From contig NW_014577075.1 of the NCBI RefSeq assembly GCF_000485595.1, positions 225,740 to 289,739 of the forward strand: a stretch of DNA of 64,000 nt, in the 5' to 3' direction. Below, one piece after another: positions 12,401 through 26,423 of this stretch (position 1 is its first letter; each line of letters begins with the position of its first letter). The notes under the pieces were generated by a model. It made no database searches, was not told the origin of the DNA, and was given only the letters and a program-made list of their open reading frames with translations. Source of the DNA: Priapulus caudatus (lineage: Eukaryota). Both the position numbers and the translations under genes were made by a program.

Positions 12401-15400
12401 ACCACAGCACTGCTCCATACTCCCCTTCACACGTCTGATAACCATTCACCTACCATCGCTTCATTGTTGTGGAGATGTGTACCCGGGAGGCGGTGTAACA
12501 TAAATACATAGTAGCGAACTCTTTTCCGCAACTGGATTGTGGGGGTGTGATGTTGACGCCATACGACGATACCTCAACCACTACCTACCCTCGCCCGAGA
12601 TGATTGGCTCATAGCTGGAGATGAGCTCATGCAGACAGTCGGCAAACTTCATGTAGTAGAGGTCAGTGAAGATGTTATCCACTCGCCCGTTCTCGTACAG
12701 GAACGACTGAATGCCTGCGCAAACACAAAAACCCACAAACTGATGTAAAAACAACAACACCAGTCCGAAAAGTAAAAAACAAAACAGCCAAGAGTCAAAA
12801 TGCACCAAGCATGCCACCGACTGGGGGATGTCGTCATCGTTAATTAGGCTAGCTGAAAGAGAAACATCAATCATCGTAATTATTTGCGTAGGGCGAAACT
12901 GCACTTATTATGCGTTATGCTGATAGCACAAATACATACACAGAGACAAAGATAGCAGAGTACGTGCTGAAAGCACAAACACATTCCGTAGCAGAGATAG
13001 TAGACTACATGCTAACGGTAAACACAACGCGCTCTTACCGAGGCAGAGGTAGTAGACGCTATCGGACGCGTAGCATTCTCCGTTCGGCTTGCGCACCTCC
13101 TTCACGAAGAGGCAGAGCGAATAGCTGAGCTCCTCAGCTGTCATCTGCAGCAGCTCTGTCTTGAAGAGCTGGAAGCGGCTGCTGTGCGTCGACGCAGCCT
13201 CCAGCGAAGCATTCTTTCATCTGCACCCAGTTCTTCATGCGTCACGCCGTATGTGTACTGCAACGACGAGCACCGAGTTAGCGCTGCATCCAGCAGTAGC
13301 ACTCATCGCGTGTGGAGGACGCGTATCAACGACGAGCACGGTCGGATGTTTTGTTAGCTGGGACCTCTGAGGGGAGGGGACATCATCTCCATGCCCACCG
13401 CCACTCAGCAGTAGCACTTATCGCGTACACGGTCGGCATGTTTTGTGGCGCTGCTTAGATGGCTGTGTTACTCGCATATAATCGTATGTATAACAGGATG
13501 GCATGAGGTGCTTATAGAGCCCTCCTGCCCCCCCCCAATCTGGCAGAGACTTGTTGCAACTGCTATTATTCCAGACTTAACTATACTGGTACTAGCCCAC
13601 TATGAACAGGACACTTAGACTACATGCTGATGCACACACACATACATTCATTATATTATAATATATACTAGCAGGACACCCGGCGTTTCCTGGGAAATGA
13701 AGTACTCAGTTTGTGACTACTTGGTTGAAAGGAAAAGACCCCCAAAATCTTCATGGAAATTCAGCATAAATATTTTCCTTCAAACAGAACATTTATATCT
13801 TTTGTAACAGAGATACACGGGTCAAACAAAGTTGACTTCTTCCATAACATTTCTCAGCTAAGGGCTTCATGATAAACATGTTCTTTAGTTTTTCCACCTG
13901 GAGCATTTACATAAAGGCTGTTCAGGCTGCCAACACATGAACATGCAACATAGAGCTGTCCATGAGAGAAGCAGGTCTCTTCCAGGTCTCTTCTAACTGC
14001 AGGCCAGCTACCCAGACCCTGGACTTTCCCATTGAAACAACACATTGCTGGTGTTTTCACCTTTCCACCTCTTTGCTCCACAATGTAGGCACACCTCTGA
14101 CATGGAGCTAATTGCAACTGCCTTAATAGAAGAATACTCAATGTCAGTTGAGTAAATGAATGCAACATTTAGCAGGTTCGCTGCAATAACTGGCGCTGCC
14201 CTTCGGCTGGTGATTTTATTCGTTTGCTTGGAGTCTTGCTTGTTTTTCCTCAGAATAAGTAATGCAGGCCTTTACATGGGTGGAAATTGATATATTCAAG
14301 TAAGATGAAGAATTTTATCGAATTTCATCGAACCTATCGAAAAAAGTCGTGCACACTCTGTATGAAGTCAGTGCATGGTGAATGTTGTTATGACAAAGAC
14401 ATGGCACGTGTAACATAATGCATGAATAGTAACGCAATGTGACGTGCATGTACAGTAATGCAAGTCAGTGCAAAGTGAATCCCGTTCTTTAGTGCTGCTG
14501 CATGGCCGGTTTATTTACCGCTGCTGCAAGGTGTGTTTATTTAACGCTGCTGCAGGGGCATGATTTTTGCATGATTTTCTCTTTTTGTGACGTCAGATGA
14601 CCTCGGAGGTCAAATCCAATGTGCCCATGACATTCAGCATCCAAGGTTACATCTAATGGCCATCCTTACACACATCTGGATGTGGCCCATATTAATTTGC
14701 ATCAAGAACAGACAAACAGAGAAACATCCACAAATATGTATTAGATAATATATACATGATATATATATATATATATATACATATATATATGTATCAAGAG
14801 CTTATAATACCTAGTGTACAACGGAAAAACGGGAAAATAGTGCCTATTTCACGACATGATTATTCTACTTTGCTGCGGAGTCTAGAATAATTTTTGTACT
14901 GCCATTAAGCAGAATTCTTTGCTCTCTAAAACAAGACCAACCGCTTATCAATACGATACTCCTAGGCTGAGATATTGGCTCCTAAACCTCCCCCCGCCCA
15001 ACGGCATCACAGCGCCTCGAATCCACATCAGTCAGCAACCTACACGCCTCTAAGCATTTCGGCTATCGGTTCCGTCACCGGCTTGAGCGCTGATAATTGA
15101 TGTCACATGCCCAAATTTGGTACTGTTATACACCATATAGTAACTGAACTGCGTTGTAAAAAACTAATTAAGAAACATTGCCGGCCCATCAGTGACGGGC
15201 ATAGCCGGTGCTAGAGAAAGATAATGGGAATAAGGGCATAGGCGAGCCCCCGAATGTCACCTGATGAAACGAAATACCGTTCATTCATAAAGTTATGGCG
15301 AAAAACCGAACTTTCACGAAGCAACCTTAGAGGCGTGTAGGTTTGCTGACTGATGTGGATTCGAGGCGCTGGTGATGCCTGTGGGAGGGGAGGTTTAGGC

Positions 15401-18400
15401 GCCAATATCTCAGCCTAGGAGAATCATATTGACAAGCGTGGTCTTGTTTTAGAGAGCAAAAGAATTCTGCTTAATGCAATACCATAAAATTATTCTAGAC
15501 TCGCAGGCAAAGTAGAATAATCATGTCGTGAAATAGCACTATTTTCCCGTTTTTCCGTTGTACACTCTAGGTATTATTAGCTCTTGATATGTATATATAT
15601 ATATCTCACTGCACCCCGACTGTGACTAGTACGCCAGCCGCGTACCTTGAGTGAGCAAGACGCGTCGGGTCCTGGCTCTGCAGTGGAAGCTGAAAGCGAC
15701 TGCAGTGGTGGAGGCTGTGCTGCAGGCTCCTGCTTCTTCTTGCGACTGCGTGTGTTGCCGCCACGGCGACTGCGCTTCGTGCCTCTGCTCGGGGATGCTG
15801 TGACAGGTTCGGGCCGCCCTGCAAATGTCACGAGGTCTAATGAGCACTGGACAGTATCGGAAACATTAACGTCAAGCCTGTATATATGGGTCAAGTCAAG
15901 CGAAATACCCAAAGTGGCCTGTATATGCAGGTGTCTGAGTCCATAGATGTTTTTACTGTACAACTGCTACATGAGAGAATCACTAAAATTGACCTTCATA
16001 GTTAGATGTCCAAGATACAATAGAGTTGACCGCTAACACCGATACGACAGAACTAGACGATTGTTGAATGAATCTTCTTTCTTGTGCGTTAAACGAAAAT
16101 CCCTTAACACTTGTTACACGAGGTGTGATAGCACAGTGACCGCTTCTGCTGCATACTTAAGCTCATCGTCATCGTGGGAATGTGATTTTCAACGTCGTTA
16201 TCCTGCGAAATCTCGCCGAGAGGCGTGGTGACCGGCGACGGCTCCCTCACAGGGGGCGCCGGCTCTGCCTCCACTGGCGCCGTATCTTCGTTGCTCTGAG
16301 CTTCCGAGGGAGGATCGCATAGCGGAGATGCGACATCCTCATCTTCATCTTCTGTGAAGGACAGTGATTCACGAGGGTTGGCATAGCGTGCATTAGACGT
16401 GAGCGCCGTTCGAGAGCAATGTGCTAGTATAGCATAAGTGAAAAAACCTAACCTAGAATGTCTAGCCTACAGCATCATATAACATATATATAGTACATGT
16501 ACATACATGTATGCATGCATGCATGATACACACGCACGCACACATGCACACACGTACGCACAAGGAGAAGTCTACCCACCAAGAAAGAAACAAGGAAGAC
16601 GTACGTCCACCAAAGAAGAAACACAGGGAATGAATACTAAGAAAGAAACACAAGTGAGAAATACAAGGACGGGAGCTCTTACCTGCTGCAGGTGATATAC
16701 AAGTAGGTGTAGGAGGCTTCTGCTCCTCAGTGTTCTCTTCTGCAATCATCGCTGCCATCATTATCAAGTCAGCTTCAAATGGATCAGATGGAATCTTCTC
16801 CTGTAAAAAAGATTGGATGAAAATGACATGATTGCAATGGCAACTAATCAGCTATAGGCCTCAACCTCATTCACAACTGGATACTATATAACTATATACT
16901 ATACTATACAACTATATAAGGGGGACACAAGGGAAATGACAAGTGCCATTCATAGACAGGTATCCTTTCCATAGAGGTAGTTTCACTGTATAACAGTCTA
17001 TCAAGAACACGCCAAGTGTTTAGCATATTGAAGTATCTGCTGAGGTGACCATTAACACTATGGCTGGTCATACTCGCCTTGCAATACTGAGCAGAGCATC
17101 ACACTGGGAAATCACGAGACAATACGCGAATGTGAATTATGCAAAATGCCTATTCAAGCTACGCAAATTTCATACCGACAATTCCCTCAAATTTAAAGTA
17201 ACGTTACACAATTCGAAACTGAAAATCGACAGAGACGAGAAATTACTCTTAATGTGGAAAACCCAACACCACACCCTCCACCTTACGAAGCTTCGCGACC
17301 TTGAGAGTACACACTTACCTGTATCTCCTTGATGTGTTCAAAGATGGCCGCCGCCGAATTCTTCGTCGTGGGGATAAAGCAGGGGATAGGCACGGGCACC
17401 GGGAATGCAAAAGGAATGGGCGCCGGCTGCGTGTACATGCACACGGGCACGGGCACAAACACGGGCACAGGGATGGGCACAAGCACGGGTTTAATCGATT
17501 CGTCTGCAAACATAAAAGCAATATGTTGATAGCAAGTTGATGTCGATATGTGATAGCATTCTTTTTGAGAAAGTATGTTTTGACATGCCAATCAGACCCC
17601 CATAATACAGACACAAATAATACATACAGATACAAAACAACTTACCCGTCTACGTGACAGATATGTAACAACTCGCCCGTCTACGTGACAGATATGTAAC
17701 AACTCGCCCGTCTACGTGACAGATATGTAACAACTCACCCGTCTACGTGACAGATATGTAACAACTCACCCGTCTACGTGACAGATACGAAACAACTCAC
17801 CCGTCTACGTGACAGATACGAAACAACTCGCCCATCTACGTGACAGATACGAAACAACTCACCCGTCTACGTGACAGATACGAAACAACTCGCCCATCTA
17901 CGTGACAGATACGAAACAACTCACCCGTGCACCTCTACAGGTGACAGATATGTAACAATCGCCTACTACTGTATTACAACTGCCCGTCTAGCGCTGACAG
18001 ATATTGCTAACAACTCGCACCGTCTACGTGACAGATAATGTAACAAACTCGCCCGCTCTACTGACAGATAATGTAAGCAACTACACCCGTCTACGTGACA
18101 GAATATGTAACAACTCGCCCGTCTACGTGACATGATATGTAACACACGTGAGTCCACACCGTCACGTGACAAGATTATGTAACAAGCTCGCCCGTCTACG
18201 TGACAGATAGTATACAACCTCTCCCCCCCACCCCAGTCTACGTTGACAGATATGTAACAAAATCGCCCGTTACCGTACAGGATATGATACAAACTTCGCC
18301 CGTGTACATGACAGATATGTAACAACTCGGCGCCGTCTCGTGACAGCATATGTAACAACTCACCCGTCTATGCAACAGATACATAACAATTCACCTTAGT

Positions 18401-21400
18401 ATGTGATAGATACATAACAAATCACCTTAGCTAATAGGATCTATTTCCCTGGTACTGCCGAACGTACCCTGGTACCCGGTCCGGTTCTACCGGAACTACT
18501 CTGGTACATCTGATATCGTTAGGGTTTATGGGTTAGTGGTGTAGGGTAGGTAGCGGTTAGGAGTAGGCGGCTCCCTAGAAAGCCTCGTTAGTGAGTGAGC
18601 GCCGAGGTACGGTCCAGCATATTAGATAGTACCAGGCTTTTACGTACGGTATACCGACGTACCCACGTGCGTATCCGGCAGTACCCCCAGGGAGAACTAG
18701 AACCCTGGCAGCCGCCATATGTGATATATACACAACAATTTCAACATTATTCGCCCGACAGATACACAAACAACAACAATCAGCCGGCTGCGTCCTCGCG
18801 CGACTGCTGCTGTGGCGGTCGCATGCACGTCCGCCTGTCTGTCTGCTGTGACCGGCTTGGCACAGCAGAGACTTGGTTCTCTCACCTGCTTCGCCGGCGG
18901 GCGATGTGGATGATCACCTGCCTTCGACGACGAAGCCAATCACCGCGGGCAGCTGCTGCCGTTTGAAGCCGTTGTCGACATCTGCGTGGTCAGCCACCTG
19001 CAGGAGTGCTCGGCCGCATCGCGAATTGCGGACGCGTTATGAAAGCGCAAATATGTACCAGCATTTGAACTGCCAGCTATACTTAGGCCATAATAAAAAC
19101 ATTGTATTGTTTTGCCCTCACTCCGACCGACACCGCCAAAGGAAGGGGCCGACTCAAAAAAAATTCATTTGGATCTTCCCTTTACTTTTTTTACAAATTG
19201 TTATCGCAGTACATTATAATAAATCTGTAGGGCCAATAAATCATATGCTAACACCAAGCCAAAACAAAGCATTCTACATATAAAAGGTATACTCCCACAC
19301 AACTCATCCCGAGCAGTAGATTCACATGCTGAATTTGTACAAAGACCCCCTCAAAAGAAAGATAAAATAGCCTACCTTCACCTACCGCAAAATTTCCAGC
19401 CTGGGCTCGAGTGAGGTCGCAAATCAACGATTTTTTTAATATGTGGCCTACGGTTACCTTACAAAAATGTACGTTATAAGTCAGACAGAATTGAACCTAC
19501 ATGTGACATATAGAGACATATCCATTATGAAACCTTTTCTTATACCCGATATGTATGGACATGTTAGGGTCATAATGTATGTGACATGGCTTATGTAGTG
19601 ATATGGTATATGCTATGTGATCAGTATATGAGTCATATGTATGTGTACATGTAAGGTCATAAGTATGTGACACGTGTAGTCATATGTATTTTGTACACGT
19701 GCTCATGGTGCTTTTTATGTATGTGACATCGTAGGTCATATGTATGTGACATGTAGGTCATATGTATGTGACATGTAGGTCATATGTATGTGACACGTAG
19801 GCTACATATGTATGTGACACGTAGGTCATATGTATTGACATGAGCTTAATGTATGTGACATGTAAGATATGTGCATGAGAGTCATATGTATGTTGACATC
19901 TTATGGGCCAATGTGATGTGATCATGTATCATAGTATGTGACACTAGACAATGGTATGTGACATGTAGGCTATATGTATTGACACTGTAGCTGATCTGCC
20001 AGACGCAAGATTGCCCCCATTCCCCGTTAACGATTCTTGCTCGTAGAGGTCGGTCTACAGCTGTAACCACTAGGGGGCGTAACGATTAACCCGCGATTCA
20101 AACTGTAGCATCCCTTTCGGTTCGGAGTTTCGCGTTTTTTCCCATTTCGGCTTCGCGGGAAATACATTCAACACACTCTCAGTTAGGGGGTGCACATGCG
20201 CGCAGTGCAAATAGCTGAGCAGTCAGCACTTAACGCCAAGCCCTGTCCGCTTCGCACTTTCTCAGTCCGTGTGCGGGCTGACAATGCCTACTAGTCTATG
20301 ACTGTGTTTACTAAGTTAGTAGTCTATTTTGTCAAGTAAGATCCTTTAATGAATTTAGTATCATGACTACATTATCCCTTGAACTGTATTACTTTATATT
20401 GTCTTTTGGGCCAATGTTAATAACACATAAATGTATAATAATTATGATACGGTTATATTATTAATTATTATATCATAAATGGAGGGAAAATTTCCCCATT
20501 TCTCCGCCAATTTTAAATTTTTACTACTGAAAATAACCTGCAGACCGAATAACCGAACCGCGAAGAGCAAAAACCTAGAAAACCTGAACCGAACCGAGAC
20601 AAACGTATCGTTACACCCTAAATACGTAGTAACCACTGTTTAACGTACCATGGTCTTGTGGGAGCATCTCCAGCCGCGGCGGTTGACGAATGCCCGCGCC
20701 ACGTCGCACTTCTACCGGCATCGTCGACACCCGTGACGCCTCAGTCACTTTTGCGCCCGGGCGCGAGAGACAGTCACCTGTGATATCACGGGCGTCCATC
20801 GACGCCAAGCTTCGGAGCGTTGTTATGTACAACTGCAACACTAAGCGCGGCGCGGGCAGTCAAGCTGAGCGTAGACTACTCATGCCGCCAAATCGCTATG
20901 TTAAAACGGGCTGTCAGGTTTTGGAGGGTCAGATGAACCGCATGGCTGGCCACGTACCTACACAGCAACAAGTAAATATTACGTTAAAGGTTAGAACAAG
21001 CTTGCAGATGATACAAAAGTGTGCCGGAGAGCAGACCTTCTGCATGAACCGAAGGTTATGAACAAGACGTACCCAGTCATAGCGTGGTGGTGGACTCGAC
21101 ACCGCAGCTACGCCACATCCACTCAATTCCCAGGCAGATGCAAGGACTCCGTGAGTAATTATGACAAGCAAGCACTTCAGGGCATTTTGGGTCCACAATT
21201 TCAAGCCACAGCCCAAACCAGTTTGATGCAACCTCCCATTTGAAATCGGACTCTAATGGGGACTGAAAGCGACACTGCAGCCATGAAATCGGAGACANNN
21301 NNNNNNNTCACGGATAATAGTCATAATGCTATTCATTAAAGTGATCTACTTGACCAAAATAGACTACTAGACTAGTAAACACAGTCATAGACTAGTAGGC

Positions 21401-24400
21401 ATTGTCACCCCGCACACGCTGAGAAACGTGCGAGGGACAGGGCTTGGCGTAAGTGCTGACTGCTCAGCTATTTGCTCGCCATGTGCACCTCCTAACTGAG
21501 AGTGTGTTGAATGTATTTCCCGTAAGGCCAAAACAAAATATAGGTGTGGTTACCGTTTCATGCCGAAAAAAAATAGGTAGGGAAAACATTTTATTTTATT
21601 GAAACATTTTATTTACGAATTATGTCCGAAGGTTGTGCGTTGTGCCTTTTGAAGCAGAAACTGTCCAATTCATATTTATTTTTTTTTACTTTAAAGAAAA
21701 TTGACAATAAAATGTTTAGGGTCACTGGGAATAAATAGGGTCGGTCGGGAAACCGTAACCACACCTATATTTTGTTTTGGCCTTACGGGAAATACATTCA
21801 ACACACTCTCAGTTAGGAGGCGCACATCGCGAGCAAATAGCTCAGCAGTTAGCACTTGAGCCAAGCCCCGTCCCTCGCACTTTTCTCAGCGTGTGCGGGG
21901 TGACAATGCCTACTAGTCTATGACTGTGTTTACTAGTCTAATAGTCTATTTTGGTCAAGTAGATCACTTTAATGAATAGTATCATGACTATTATCCTTGA
22001 ACTGTATTACTTTATTGTCTTTTGGCCAATGAATAACACAATAAATGTATAATATTATGATAGGTATTATTATTATTATTATTATTCAAAATGGAGGGAA
22101 AATTTCCCCATTTTCTCCGCATTTTAAATTTTTTACTACTGAAAATAACCGAACCGAATGAACCGAACCGAAGAGCAAAAACCGAAAACTGAACCGAACC
22201 GAAACAAAATGTATCGTCACACCCCTAGTACGGTAGTAACCACGTTTACGTACCATGGTTTGTGGGAGACTCAGCGGCGGCGGTTGACGAATGCCCGCGC
22301 CCAGCGTCGCACTTCTCACCGGCATCGTCGACACCTGTGTTGACTTTTGCGCGGGCGCGAGCGACATCACCTGTGATATCACGGGCGTCATCGACGCCAA
22401 GCTTGCGGAGGTTGTTATGTACACTGCAACACACGCGCGCGCGCGCAGCAGGTCAGAGCGAGCGTAGATACTCATGCGCCAAATCGTATGTTAAAACCGG
22501 GTGTCAGTGAGTCGATGACGGCATGGCTGGCCACGTACTACACAGCAACAAGTAGATACGTAGGTTAGAACAAGCTTGCATATAAGTGTCGGAGCGCACA
22601 CTAATGCTTCAACGAGGTTATGAACAAGACGTACCAAGTCATACGTGGTGGTGGACTCGACACCCAGCTAACGCGCACATCCTCATTTCCAGCGGGTGCA
22701 AGGACTCGTGAGTAATTATGACAAGCAAGCACTTCAGGCATTTTGGGTCAACAAATTTCAAGCACACAGTTGATGCAACCTCCCATTTGAAATCTGGACT
22801 TATGGGGGACTGAAAGCGGCACTGCAGCCATGAATCGGAGACGCATGGTGTGTGTAAATGCCCGCGTACGTACGTACCTCTCGTCTGTGTCTGCGGCAAT
22901 AAAGGCGTCGGCGTCTGTGGTAATCCCGCCACCCCGCGCTGCCGCTGCTGCTGTTGCCGCTGCTGCTGGTTCTGCTTCCTCTTATCCTGCAGCGCTCGGT
23001 CCGCATGCACCTGACTCTGCCGCCTAGCCTCCTGAGCCGTCTCCTGCGCCGTCGTCGTCGTCGTCGTCGTCGTCGTCTGCTGCCGCGCTGGCGTCGCCGG
23101 CGGCACCTTGCCCGACTTCGTGAACTGGTTCTGGAACGTCATCACGCAGCCGTACGAGCAGAAGTTACGCACGGACGCGTCGCTCATCGTCAAATGGTAC
23201 TGCGCCGGCTGCAGGGCGCAGCACTGGTCGCACTTGACCTGCTTGCTCGACGTCGCGCTGAGATTGACGCGGTAGAGCGACAGGCAGTTGAGGCTGCAGA
23301 ACAGCTGGTACTTGCTCTGCGAGTCCGTCCGCTCGATCATGTCAAAGTTCAATTTCTTCGACTGACACCAGGTGCAGGCGGCAACCTTTTGCTTGAGAAC
23401 CTGGAACACACAGAAGCCGAATTGAGATTTGTGGGGATCGATGGCGGTGCGCATTAATCGTTAATAGAATTACTTGCCTATAATATAATAATAATTATAA
23501 TAATGATAATAATGATATACAAATAATAGATATATGACATATGTGACCGGTGATAGCGAAATGAGTCATTTGGGGCAATTTTGACATTTTAGGTTGAACA
23601 CATATTCAGATACCTGAGATTCATAGCTTTCTATTGTTATATAGATATTGAAAATTGGTTGAAAAATGAATATTTTATGACCATTATAAATCGAGATATC
23701 ATGCGATTAAAATTTCCTGAGAATTGTCTAAAATAAGGACTGAAAACTAATATCATTCACTGATATTATTAGCCGACACTTCTTATAAATCATTCAATTT
23801 AAGCAGGTTTTAATTGAATTAAGATATTTTTGCTTATATACAGATTAAAAGTAAACATTGTAGATAATTTGTTTGAATAAAAAAATAAATAAAATCTTTT
23901 TATTTTAAATCGATTGTACAGTAGAATGCTACTGTGCGACCTCCGACTCATTTGGCTATCACGGGTCACATATAATACAAATAATATAATAGATATGCAT
24001 GAATATAATGCTTCACAGAAAGATAATAACATATGTGACCGGTGATAGCGAAATGAGTCATTTGGGGCAATTTTGACATTTTAGGTTGAATACATATTCA
24101 GATACCTCTGAGAAAATTAACCCCAGTGCCGCTTACTAAAATCGCGATAGCTCCTAAACCCATAAACCAATCATGACAATTCAAGTATCGAGATTTATAG
24201 CTTTCTATTGTTATATAGATATTGAAAATTGGTTGAAAAATAAATATTTCATGACCATTATAAATCGAGATATCATGCGATTAAAATTTCCTGAGAATTG
24301 TCTAAAATAAGGGCTGAAAACTAATATCATTCACTGATATTATTAGCCGACTCTTCTTATAAATCATTCAATTTAAGCAGGTTTTAATTGAATTAAGACA

Positions 24401-26379
24401 TTTTTGCTTATATACAGATTAAAAGTAAACATTGTAGATAATTTGTTTGAAAAAAAATTCCACAAAAATTTAAAAAAAAATATTTTTTATTTTAAATCGA
24501 TTGTACAGTAGAATGCTACTGTGCGACCTCCGACTCATTTGGCTCCACGGGTCACATATAATACAAATAATATAATAGATATGCATGAATATAATGCTTC
24601 ACAGAAAGCCATGCATGGGTAGGAGTAAACGTAAGACTGATGAATGTAAGGTAAAAATAAGTGGCATTGCGCAAGACGTTTTATATGGCTATAAGTATAA
24701 TTGTTAGAGACGAACCTACGTGCTTCATTCAAAATTGCTCCAATCGTTAAGAGTATTAACAAATTAAAAATCTATCAACTCAAAATAAATAACAATTATT
24801 TTCATCATCTCGATAATAAATCAGATCTCTGACCTTGAACGCGCTCATGCACATGAAGCTGCAGAAGCGCTTCGTTGCGCCCTCAAACTGGATGTAGTGT
24901 GGCGTTGAGTCCTCGTTGAAGCAGAACACGCCGCAGTTGTCGCACGTGTTCACGGCGAGCTTGTTCGCGTAGCGGAACGCCGCGAAGCACGCGTCGCTGC
25001 ACAGACGGTGGCGCCCCCCCTCGTACAGCACCTCGTGCTTGGCGCGCCCGCCCGCGCTGCACACCGAGCAGTGTGCGCCGACGACGCTGGAGTCGCCACG
25101 CTGTATGCGCAGCTTCGTCTCGTAGTGAGTCGTGCACTTGCGCGAGCAAAAGTCCTGTAGCAGACGAAAAACAAGCGGCGTCGAAAAAGACGACGGGAAC
25201 GACGCGTTAAGTGTCGATGGCATTGGGAAGTTACACCAGGGGGCGCATCTGAAGCATGAATAGTTTATGATTGTTATAAATCTAAGATGTCAACTTTTGC
25301 ACAACGCTTAGTTTCACAGATTCAACTCCCCTAGAACACGTATATATAATAATTATTCACACCAGGGGCGCATCGGAAACATGAATAGCTTATGACTATT
25401 ATAAGTCTAAAATGTCTCAACTTTTTCACAATGCTTAGTTTCATAACTCCCTTAAAACACTTATATAATATATAATAATTTTTTAATGCATTAGCACCAG
25501 GGTAGATAGTAGACACTCGGCACTCAGCATTGTTTTGTTTTCTGTGAGAGCAGTTATTTTACAAGGTCAGTTGTAAGCATTAACCCAGGCTATAGCTATA
25601 TCACGAGGTAAACTCCTTTACTAGCACCTCTATGTCCCACGGTATCTTCTCTCTATCTCGTTCTCCCCTCTCCCCCCTCTCTCCCTCTCCCCCCCCCTCT
25701 CTGTCTATCTCTCTTTTTCTCTGTATATCTCTCTCTTTTTCTTTTTTCTCTCTCTTCCTCTCTCTCAGTCTACCTCTCTCTCTCACTCTTCCCCTCTCTC
25801 TCTTTATATTTCTTCCTCTCTCTTAGTCCATCTCTCTCTCTCCCCTCCCCTCTATCTGTGTCTCTCGTTCTCTCGTTCTCTCTCTCACCTTCACTCCTCC
25901 GCCCTTCTCCTCAGCGACGGGCAGTGAGAACGTCTCCGCGCAGCTCGTGATGTTCTTATCGCAGAAGCTGCACATCTTCAGCCGGTTTCTGTACGTCTTC
26001 AGACACGCTGGGCTGCAGAACTGCTTCATCTCACCCTCTACCTGTTGGGCCATCGACAAGTCATAATACACACCGTGCTTTCCTCTCGAGCTTCCTGATT
26101 TTTTACATTAGCAGGAGTCGACGCGCAACTTTCTGTTGTAAAAAAATTATATAAAAAAAACATTGGAGAGAACGTACTTTGACCATTTTAAAATGCTATT
26201 CTGTGCTATGTAGAGAAGACGGGTTAGTTTATGTCATTCCAACAGTCATGTATACTTATCGACACCCTCGATAAAAAGGCGATTCGTTTCCCTGTGAACA
26301 CACGGGGAAGTGTGTGCACGTGACCATTCACACATTACAGATTTTTTGATTGATGAACATGCACACACACGCAAACCCA

Positions 26380-26423
<44 letters not shown>

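Noticed and set aside
17636..18430. Regular 31-bp repeats (also the 42-bp array at 10716-11020) as a CRISPR array
   Set aside because: Units are head-to-tail with no unique spacers, lie in eukaryotic introns, and no cas genes are present.
20648..20832. Duplicated ZMYM exon suggesting mutually exclusive splicing
   Set aside because: It is an indel-riddled copy inside a block that duplicates intron sequence up to an N gap; best explained as assembly redundancy.
26042..26132. Upstream acceptor extending the 25889-26041 exon
   Set aside because: It contains in-frame stops; the acceptor at 26042-26044 gives the correct phase and family alignment.
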